Assembly: GCA_950097015.1 (NCBI GenBank)
Contig: CATNEN010000038.1
Coordinates: 6,386,001-6,450,000 of the forward strand
Direction of reading: 5' to 3'
DNA: 64,000 bases
From: Macrostomum hystrix
Taxonomy: Eukaryota; Animalia; Platyhelminthes
Shown: in pieces, positions 12,728 through 22,800 of the stretch
Position numbering within the stretch: the first letter of the stretch is position 1
Layout: each line of letters starts with the position of its first letter
Position numbers and translations under genes: made by a program
Notes under the pieces: model-generated
What the model saw: only the letters and a program-made list of their open reading frames with translations
Databases searched by the model: none
Told to the model about the DNA's origin: nothing

Positions 12728-14341
12728 CTGCAAGCCGGCGCACACACCGTCTCCTGCTTGCGCGAGATCAAGGTCCTGGGAGTAACGATCGACTCGCAGC
12801 TCAATTTCGCTGCACAAGCAAAGAAGTCTCTCGCGGCGCTGCACAGGAGGCTCGCGGCTCTCCGCTGCGTTGCCGCGAGATCCTGGGGTGCGAGCTTTAA
12901 GACTCTACACCGCCTCTACTGCAGTTACGTTCGTCCGGCAGGGCTATACGGGGCTGAACTTTGGTGGCCGTTCCTGGCCCCCACCCACCGCGAACGTCTC
13001 GAATCCGCCAACTATGCCGCTGCTAGGATCATCACAGGGGTCGGCGCCGGAGCCCGGGCCCGCGCCCTAATCTGCGACGCCGGCCTCCAGCCGTTCAACA
13101 CCATCTGCCGGCAGAGGGCCGCGGAGCTGCTCCTGCGCTGCCAGCAGTTCCCTGAAGGGCATCTACTCCGCGATCTGGCCAGCCCGTCCGCCACCCGCAC
13201 CAGACTCAAGGCGAGGACCGCAGGCACCCGAAGCTCTTGGCGTGAGTCGGCCATCGAGATACTGAGCACTGTGGAAGGAGGCCGCGACCGGGTGGAAGGC
13301 CGTATTCCCCCCACCTGCTTTCGTCGCCCCTGGTCCCGCAGTCTCCCGACCCGCTTCGTCCGTGTCGAAACCAGCCGCGACGAGGCATCAGTTGTTCGGA
13401 GGACAAGAACCCTGGAGCTGCTAGACCGCCTGAGGCAGGAAGACCCACCAGACCTGCAGATTTGGACCGACGGCGCAGCAGAGGAAGGCATAGGTAATGG
13501 AGGAGGCGGCTACCTGATTCGGCAGCGGGCCCCAGGGAGCCGGGACATCAGAGGCAGTGTCCCAGCGGGGCACCTAACCTGCTCAACGACCGCGGAGGCC
13601 GCTGCGGCCGCAGCTGGTCTCGAGGCGGCCCTGGCCAATCTCCACGGACGCCCCAGCATGGCCGTCTGGCTGCTGTTCGACTCCCAAGCGCTCTTCGACC
13701 GGCTCCAGTCACAGCGTAAATGCCAGACAGACCACGCAACTGCACAGGCGTCCATTCTGCTGGAGCAGCTCGCCACGGACCACCGGCCCACTGTAATCTG
13801 GGTACCGGGCCACGCCGGGCTGGCGCTCAATGAGGAAGCCGACATTCTGGCTCGCGGGGGCTGCTCGCTCCCGCAAGAGAACATGCCAACACCGGTCGCG
13901 GCGCTCAGAGCTGCTCTCAAGCGGCAAGGTCAAGCGGAAGATGACCGAGCCTACAAAGACCTAGTCCCTCTGGACCACCCACACCGACTCAGCGGCGGCA
14001 AACGGCTGCAGGTCGGCCGTGCCTGGCCTCGTGCGGCGGAGGTGGCGCTGTTCCAACTCAGGGCGAACCGCGCGCCTTTCCTACAAGCCACTCTACACCG
14101 CTGGGGCAAGGTACCCGCTGCGTCTTGCCCTCACTGCAACGCTCCCGAGGAGGACACGCGGCACTTCCTGCTTGAATGCCCCAGGTGGGCCGATCAACGC
14201 CGCAACCTCCTCCATTCTGCTGGCTCAATGTCCCTCCTGTGGGAGGACCCGAATCGGGTGCGGATCTTCGTCGAGGCGACGGGCGCGCTGGCGCGCCCCC
14301 CATATGCCTAGCGAGGGATCCGTACGCCAACAACAAAAACA
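12728..14341 (+). mobile_element. 5'-truncated non-LTR retrotransposon (I-group/Ingi-like): RT C-terminus, RNase H, CCHC knuckle
   Basis: ORF 12758-14311 with KVLGVTIDSQLNF, YCSYVRP...YG, RNase H (IWTDGA, LLFDSQ, WVPGHAGLALNEEADILA) and CPHC..EDTRHFLLEC. Short 3' UTR and (CAA)n tail. 12-bp TSD actcg(c/t)agaact at 12716-12727 and 14342-14353. Confidence 0.93.
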
Positions 14342-14769
14342 ACTCGTAGAACTTGATGATGCCCGGCGCCTTGTGCGGCAGGTGCACCTTCGTGCCGGCC
14401 CACTCCATCATGATGACGGACACTTTGAACTTCTTGAAGACTCCGGCGCCGGTGGCCATGACCAGCCACTCGTGACCCTCCATGTCCGCCTTCACCACCA
14501 GCTCCTTCACTCCAGGAAAGCAGCCGTCGCCGATCACGATGTCGTCCAGGGTAGCAGTCCTCACGTCGATCGAGTCGGTGACTCCCGACTGACCTTTGGC
14601 CAATGGCCCGCCGCCGCCGACGTTGCAGGTGCTGGGCAGAAACATGTTCATCTTGCCGTTGCTGCTCTCGGACAGCGCGTTCCAGTACACCCGCACTCGT
14701 TCCTGGAACCCGTTGGCTGCCACCGACGCGAACAGCCGGATCGAGTTCTACAATGGACAGCGGGAAACA

Positions 14770-15062
14770 AATTTGGGGAAGTGGGATCGGTGGAGTTGGG
14801 CATGTGGGATCGGTGGAGTTGAAGAAGTGGGATCAATGGAGTTAGGGAAGTGAGATCCATGGATTTGGGGAAGTGGGATCTACAGTGTTGGGGAAGTGGG
14901 ATCGCTGGAGCTGGGGATGTGAAATCTACGGGGTTGGGGAACTGGGATCGGTGGAGTTGGGGAAGTGGGATCAGTGGAATTAGGGAAGTGGGATCAATGG
15001 AGTTGGGGAAGTGGGATCAATTGAGTTGGGGAAGTGGGATCAATTAAGTTGGGGAAGTAAGG
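14770..15062. repeat. 23 bp minisatellite (ggggaagtgggatcaatggagtt), methyltransferase copy 1 last intron
   Basis: Same family as 17440-18345, 20430-21545, 38820-39200 (reverse complement) and 39880-40592. Confidence 0.9.
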
Positions 15063-16063
15063 GAATCAGCTGATCTTGAAAACGGGCAGTACATTTTAGA
15101 GCAAATGTGACAGGTCAGTGACATCTGCCCTCACCTGGTAGAAGGCGTCAATCGCAACTGCCTGGCGGCCCATCTGAGCTGCATGGAGGCTGTACACGCC
15201 CAACTGACTGCCGACATCGAGCAGCCCGGCCCCGGGCAGCAGCTCCAGAGAGCTGCGAATAAAATTCGTCTGCGGCTCCTCCCAGGCCCCCGTGTTCAGA
15301 ATGGACAGCGAGATGAGGTCCCATGCCGGGTGCACCAGCATGCTCATGTGACCGGACGAGTGGTTCAACCTAGCCCAGGTGAACTCACTCTTGTCCAGGT
15401 GGTCGATGAAGGCCACCCTACAGAGCTGGTCGGGTCGGGCCTCGGTAGTGCAGATTTTGCTGAGCTGCGGAATGCAACAATTTGGGTGGTCATCGTTGAT
15501 GATGTTTTGCGGGACGGCTGTGGGCAATGGCAAATCATTTGGTGATACTAGACCCACAGCCAGCGAGGAGGCAATTCTGCCCGTTCCGCTGACTCCTGAG
15601 CACACACAAGACCCGCTGGCTGCGGGTCTTGTGCCACCAAATGATGTGCCATTGCACACTGCCTTCCTGCAATAATTTTTGTTAATATTATGTCACAAAC
15701 TTGTTTCTTTCTCCGTCATTTTGTTTATTTCTAATAATTGCGCATTCTGATTTCTTATAAGCAGACTTACGGCATCCTGTGAGTACGACACTCGGAAGCA
15801 CCTGTGACCGGGCTTTGATCCCATTGGAATCAGCACTCGGTCCGTGTTTTTAGGGCTGTCTGACTGCCAGAATAAACAGACTGCTACGAGCATTAGGAGC
15901 AGAATGGTCAGCGGGACGAGAAATCTTCCGCGCCTTAGGCCGACCACCTGAGAAAGGGTATTATTATATGCGGATAAAACGTTGCATGGAGTTGTAGGCA
16001 CCGACGGTAAAAAGGCGACAAAAAGGGTAAAAAGGGACGTATGGACTGACTGGCACGCACAAA

Positions 16064-16276
16064 GTGACACGCACACAGATACGGTACAGAGTGACACGCA
16101 CACAGATACGGTACAGAGTGACACGCACACAGATACGGTACAGAGTGACACGCACACAGATACGGTACAGAGTGACACGCACACAGATACGGTACAGAGT
16201 GACACGCACACAGATACGGTACAGAGTGACACGCACACAGATACGGTACAGAGTGACACGCACACAGATACGGTAG
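16064..16276. repeat. Perfect 27 bp tandem repeat (gtgacacgcacacagatacggtacaga)
   Basis: About 8 identical units adjoining the piggyBac remnant. Confidence 0.9.
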
Positions 16277-16870
16277 ACGCAACGTCCTTCGCGTACAGCA
16301 AATACTCGGTCTTGACTCCACTCTGCTTTCTCTCGACAGCCTTCGCAATTAGAACTCGTCCCTTCCTCATGAACATGTACAGGTGCATGCCGACTAGCTT
16401 TTTCATCTCGCTTGCGGTGCAGTCCCGCCAGCTAGTCAAGATAGGTGGAAGGACGTCCGTCTCAGGATCCAGTTCCACCAGCATGGTGGCCACCTTGGCA
16501 TTTATCCATTCTGCGAGACGTTGGAAAAGCTCATCAGAAAGGAACATTTGTAAAAATAAAGACTTATCCTGCTCAACATCGTCAGGAATTGAAACGTTCG
16601 GATTTAGGCCAGCAGTTCCGGTAAATTCAAAACTTTCTGTCCCTTCATCGGACCCAGGCTCGACAAGCCGCCAAACATTCTCAACTTCAGCCGCTTCGCC
16701 ATCTGCGAACTCCTGTCCTTCCTCGCCTTCAGGCTCTTCCATGATTGGAGGATTGCCATTCAGTGCGTCTTCGATACGAGCCTCCTCACCAGGCTCCTCG
16801 TCTATTGTTAAGTAGGAGTCGAGGCTCACTTCACTGTCTGACAACCCCCGCATGCCTTCTCCTGCAGCTG
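16277..16870 (-). mobile_element. piggyBac-like transposase remnant (internally deleted) in intron 1 of methyltransferase copy 1
   Basis: Acidic N-terminus, then FEFTGTAGL...LFLQMFLSDELFQRLAEWINAK...WRDCTASEMKKLVGMHLYM, resembling the piggyBac N-terminal region. The catalytic core is absent and no TTAA ends were found. Confidence 0.6.
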
Positions 16871-17439
16871 GGCCCAAATGGGACTATGATACATCGCATG
16901 GGAAAAGTCAAAGACTAATTTAGGATTTCAGCAGCCAGGTATTTAATGAACAAACAACAGTAGCCAAATCTCACCGCGCTCCACAGGCGCATACTGTCTG
17001 CACCTGTAACTAGTCTTTATTCAACTAGCAATACTGATGAGTTGAGTGAAACTACGAAGTAGGAGAGTAATTTCGGATTGCGTTCAATGCAGCTCAAAAC
17101 GTATACTCTGTCAGAGTCTTGGCTGGATAGTGTGAGCAGTGATGTGTTTACTTAGCAGAGTACGCACAATGCTCAGACACTCTTCCAATCTCACCTCACC
17201 AAAAAATTGCCTTTCTATCCCCTGATGAATTTTCTTTAGCTAATCTGCCGTGCACAGCCCTAAACAATGGCAGTGTATTTTATTCACTAAACTGCAAAGG
17301 CATGAATTGTGCAGTGAAGCAACCATAGCTCAGCTTTCATTGTTCCAACTGTGCCTCGTAAAAGCATTTTTAGGCTAAATTTGCAATCATTGAACTCCTA
17401 GCAACCAAAATGAAAGTTGGAATACAAACTGCGTAATTT

Positions 17440-18345
17440 TAATTTGGACTTGGAGAAGTGAGAATCAAGACTGCTGGATTGCTGAAATTGGGACTGATGG
17501 AGTCGAGGAAGTGGGATCAATTGATTTGGGGAACTGGGATCAATGGAGTTAGGGATGTGGGATCAATTGATTTGGGGAAGTGGGATCAATTGATTTGGGG
17601 AAGTGGGATCAATTGATTTGGGGAAGTAGGATCAATAGTGTTGGGGAAGTGGGATCAATGGAGTTCGGGAAGTGGGATCAATGGATTTAGGGAAGTGGGA
17701 TCAATTGAGTTGGAGAAGTGGGATCAGTGGAGTCGGGGAAGTGGGATCAGTGGAGTTGGGGAAGTGGGATCAATCCAGTTGGGGATGTGGGATCAGTGGA
17801 GTTGGAGAAGTGGGATAAGTGGATTTGGGGAAGTGGGATCAATGGATTTGGGGAAGTGGGATCAGTGGAGTTGGGGAAGTGGGATTTTTGGGGTTTTGGA
17901 AGTAGGATCGGTGGTGTTGGGGAAGTGGGATTAGTGGAGTTGGGGAAGTGGGATCAGTTGAATTGGCGAAGTGGGATCAATGGAGCTGAGGAAGTGGGAT
18001 CAGTGGAGTTGGGGAAGTGGGATCGGTGGAGTTGGGGAAGTGGGATTTTTGGGGTTTTGGAAGTAGGATCGGTGGTGTTGGGGAAGTGGTATTAGTGGAG
18101 TTGGGGAAGTGGGATCAGTTGAGTTGGCGAAGTGGGATCAATGGAGCTGAGGAAGTGGGATCAGTGGAGTTGGGGAAGTGGGATCGGTGGAGTTGGGGAT
18201 GTGGGATCGGTGGAGTTGGGGAAGTGGGATCAATGGAGTTGGGGAAGTGGGATCAGTTGAGTTGGGGATGTGGGATCAAATGGATTTGGGGAAGTGGGAT
18301 CGGTGGAGTTAAGGGAAGTGGGATCAGTGGGAAGTGGAATTGAAG
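17440..18345. repeat. 23 bp G-rich minisatellite (ggggaagtgggatc family)
   Basis: Tandem array between methyltransferase copies 1 and 2. Confidence 0.92.
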
Positions 18346-18744
18346 AGGTTTCGTGGAAGTTCACAATAATAAATTCTTTTAATTGCAGCCTATCACACTT
18401 GTACTTATTCAGGTATATTTAGGTAGTTTCACAATTTGACATTTTTTTCAATTGCCCTAAATAATTGATGCCATGTGAGAAAGTAAATACAGAGTATATT
18501 TAAACACATGCATGAGTTCTGTGCATTGGCTTAAGGAATGATTTGGGGAACCACTTGAGTTTGCGCCGCATTGTGGGCAACATGAAATCTTCTGTTTGAA
18601 AAACAAGCAGAAAGCGTACAAAAGAAATAAGAAATGAGAGGATAAAAATATCAATAAACACTAAAGAACTAGAATAGCATAGAGATTGCGCATTAACCTG
18701 CCGTATATGACCGAATTTTGAGGTAACACCTCAAAGGTTTAAGG

Positions 18745-19608
18745 GATGGGGTGGGAACACCCTGAAGAGTCCATGGAGTGGGAACACCCTGAAGAGTCCA
18801 TGGGGTGGGAACATCCTGAAGAGTCCATGGGGTGGGAACACCCTGAAGAGTCCATGGAGTGGGAACACCCTGAAGAGTACATGGAGTGGGAACACCCTGA
18901 AGAGTCCATGGGGTGGGAACACCCTGAAGAGTCCATGGAGTGGGAACACCCTGAAGAGTCCATGGGGTGGGAACACCCTGAAGAGTCCATGGGGTGGGAA
19001 CACCCTGAAGAGTCCATGGGGTGGGAACACCCTGAAGAGTCCATGGAGTGGGAACACCCTGAAGAGTACATGGAGTGGGAACACCCTGAAGAGTACATGG
19101 AGTGGGAACATCCTGAAGAGTCCATGGAGTGGGAACACCCTGAAGAGTACATGGAGTGGGAACACCCTGAAGAGTCCATGGAGTGGGAACACCCTGAAGA
19201 GTCCATGGAGTGGGAACACCCTGAAGAGTCCATGGGGTGGGAACATCCTGAAGAGTCCATGGGGTGGGAACATCCTGAAGAGTACATGGAGTGGGAACAC
19301 CCTGAAGAGTCCATGGGGTGGGAACATCCTGAAGAGTCCATGGGGTGGGAACATCCTGAAGAGTCCATGGGGTGGGAACATCCTGAAGAGTCCATGGGGT
19401 TGGAACATCCTGAAGAGTACATGGAGTGGGAACACCCTGAAGAATCCATGGAGTGGGAACACCCTGAAGAGTCCATGGGGTGGGAACATCCTGAAGAGTC
19501 CATGGGGTTGGAACATCCTGAAGAGTCCATGGGGTGGGAACATCCTGAAGAGTCCATGGGGTGGGAACATCCTGAAGAGTCCATGGAGTGGGAACACCCT
19601 GAAGAATC
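18745..19608. repeat. 27 bp minisatellite (catggggtgggaacaccctgaagagtc)
   Basis: About 32 near-identical units, downstream of copy 2. Confidence 0.95.
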
Positions 19609-19877
19609 TAGAGTCTAAAAATTCTTACTTTATTGAACAACAAAAACAACCAGTTGTTGCCAGACACAATAGCGGCACGGTATTCATGTTTTGGCACGAA
19701 TATCAATACCATTGTTGCGACAAGAAAAAATCTAGCTAATACATCTGAAGAGTGCGAGAAAAAATGCGGAAAGTGCATCGCAAACTGGTCGCACATTCGG
19801 CCACCCCTGTAGAGGAGGAGTGACGCAACTGATCGGGACAGACTGGCGAAAATCAAAGGCGTCGCACGCTGCGCTAC

Positions 19878-22800
19878 TTATGTCTTCTTTGCCGCGAACT
19901 CTCTGGTGGCCCAGAAGATGTCCCACGGCCAGCTCTTGAAGTCGGGACCAAGCGGGGTCAGCGCGCTACCGCTCAGGGTGTGCGGCAGGAGGCCGTGCGA
20001 CTCGTAGAACTTGATGATGCCCGGCGCCTTGTGCGGCAGGTGCACCTTCGTGCCGGCCCACTCCATCATGATGACGGACACTTTGAACTTCTTGAAGACT
20101 CCGGCGCCGGTGGCCATGACCAGCCACTCGTGACCCTCCATGTCCGCCTTCACCACCAGCTCCTTCACTCCAGGAAAGCAGCCGTCGCCGATCACGATGT
20201 CGTCCAGGGTGGCAGTCCTCACGTCGATCGAGTCGGTGACTCCCGACTGACCTTTGGCCAATGGCCCGCCGCCGCCGACGTTGCAGGTGCTGGGCAGAAA
20301 CATGTTCATCTTGCCGTTGCTGCTCTCGGACAGCGCGTTCCAGTACACCCGCACTCGGTCCTGGAACCCGTTGGCTGCCACCGACGCGAACAGCCGGATC
20401 GAGTTCTACAATGGACAGCGGGAAACAAATTTGGGGAAGTGGGATCGGTGGAGTTGGGCATGTGGGATCGGTGGAGTTGAAGAAGTGGGATCAATGGAGT
20501 TAGGGAAGTGAGATCCATGGATTTGGGGAAGTGGGATCTACAGTGTTGGGGAAGTGGGATCGCTGGAGCTGGGGATGTGAAATCTACGGGGTTGGGGAAC
20601 TGGGATCGGTAGAGTTGGGGAAGTGTGATCGGTGGAGTTAGGGAAGTGGGATCTACAGTGTTGGGGAAGTGGGATCGCTGGAGCTGGGGATGTGAAATCT
20701 ACGGGGTTGGGGAACTGGGATCGGAGGAGTTGGGGAAGTGTGATCGGTGGAGTTGGGGAAGTGGGATCTACAGTGTTGGGGAAGTGGGATCGCTAGAGCT
20801 GGGGATGTGAAATCTACGGGGTTGGGGAACTGGGATCGGTGGAGTTGGGGAAGTGGGATCGGTAGATTTGGGGAAGTGGGATCGGTGGAGTTGGGGAAGT
20901 GGGATCGGTAGATTTGGGGAAGTGGGATTGGTGGAGTTAGGGATGTGGAATCTACGTGTTTTGGAAGTGGGATCGGTGGAGTTAGGGATGTGGAATCTAC
21001 GGTGTTGGGGAAGTAGGATCAATGTAGTTGGGGAAGTGGGATCAATTGAGTTAGGGAAGTGGGATCAATGGAGATGGGGAAGTGGGATCAATGGAGATGG
21101 GGAAGTGGGATCAATGGAGCTGGGGATGTGGAATCTACGTGTTTTGGAAGTGGGATCGGTGGAGTTGGGGAAGTGAGATTAATGGAGATGGGGAAGTGGG
21201 ATCAATGGAGATGGGGAAGTGGGATCAATGGAGTTGGGGAAGTGGGATCAATTGAGTTGGGGAAGTGGGATCAATTGAGTTGGGGAAGTGGGATCGGTGG
21301 AGTTGGGGATGTGGAATCTACGGTGTTGGGGAAGTAGGATCAATGGTGTTGGGGAAGTGGGATCAATGGATTTAGGGAAGTGGGATCAATTGAGTTGGAG
21401 AAGTGGGATCAGTGGGGTTGGGGATGTGAGATCAATGGAGTTGGGGAAGTGGGATCGGTGGAGTTGGGGAAGTGGTATCAGTGTAGTTGGGGAAGTGGGA
21501 TCGGTGGAGTTGGGGAAGTGGGATCAATTGAGTTGGGGAAGTAAGGGAATCAGCTGATCTTGAAAACGGGCAGTATATTTTAGAGCAAATGTGACAGGAC
21601 AGTGACATCAGCCCTCACCTGGTAGAAGGCGTCAATCGCAACTGCCTGGCGGCCCATCTGAGCTGCATGGAGGCTGTACACGCCCAGCTGACTGCCGACA
21701 TCGAGCAGCCCGGCCCCGGGCAGCAGCTCCAGAGAGCTGCGAATAAAATTCGTCTGCTGCTCCTCCCAGGCCCCCGTGTTCAGAATGGACAGCGAGATGA
21801 GGTCCCATGCCGGGTGCACCAGCATGCTCATGTTACCGGACGGGTGACGCAAACGTGCTTTGGTGAACTCACTCCTGTCCAGGTGGTCGACGCTGGCCAC
21901 CCGACAGAGGGCCGGGTTCGAACTCGGGGCGCACATCTTTTCCAGCTGAAGTTTTTGAGTGGCTTTCTATTGAATGTTTCTGCCGGGTGTTCGGCCAGCA
22001 GCCGCAACTATTGCACGGCGCTTTTGAAGGCTGTGTACATCTGTTCAGTCCATGGACTGAGGTAGGCTGCAGCACTAATATAAATTTCGACTTCTGATTA
22101 TTGAGCGGGGGTCAGTGGCAGAGCGGTTAACGCGTTTGCCTCTCGCACCTAGGTCCCTGAGCTTAATTCCACAGCGAGGCTACATGCATTCGGGGCGCAG
22201 CCGCGGAGAGAAGTCTTACAATAATTATAATAATTGTAGGAGGGCTAATTATGGCTTGTTTTATTTGTTTTTATAGCACCTATTTTTACTGCTGGGTGAA
22301 CTAAGGCCACGGAGAATTAAGTTTCCTGCTTTAGTTGACAAAGGGCTTCCCGTGGGTTAAGAATTTAACTCCAGAACTCTGGGTCAAAAGAACGAACTAA
22401 TTCTAGTCATAAATAATAGAATACTGTGATGGGAATGACAACTCAAGATAAGTCTCCAGGCGCACCACTTCCTGGTTGAAGATCACTTTGAAGCAGGTGT
22501 TTTTCCGCTTTTCCTGCGGCGTCTTGGTCGTGGCTTGTGTTGGCGTTGTCGCCACCGGAGGCTCAGCCGGCTTCAATGCGGCTTGCGCGACGGCGTCCAC
22601 GGAAGCGCCCGGTTTCGTGTTGTCGCCTCGCCTTGGTGATGAGTCGCCCTGGCGAGTCCTCGGTACACCGGATGGCTCAAAGTTCGAAGCTTGTCTATAA
22701 AAATAGGTGCCCAAAAGTAGCACCAAGGTGCCTACGGCCAGAATCCGGCAGGTGGTCCTGTTCCGGCCGAATACCTGGGTTTGTGGCAGCATTGCATGTG

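Larger units (their letters stand above)
12591..16992 (-). pseudogene. FkbM-family (Methyltransf_21) type II membrane methyltransferase, copy 1, last exon interrupted by a LINE
   Basis: Exons (minus): 16992-16975 (MRLWSA, inferred micro-exon), 15947-15771 (TM anchor), 15464-15135 ([16 protein letters not shown] motif), 14747-14342, then LINE, then 12715-12591 (SHGLLPHTLSG...WPWDVIWAT...R*). Contains the VKADMEGHE FkbM-type motif. Confidence 0.85.

Noticed and set aside
18731-19618. Repetitive ORFs on both strands (WEHPEESMG; FRMFPPHGL resembling an FMRFamide-like precursor)
   Set aside because: This is a 27-bp minisatellite open in several frames, with no signal peptide, dibasic cleavage sites or amidation glycines.
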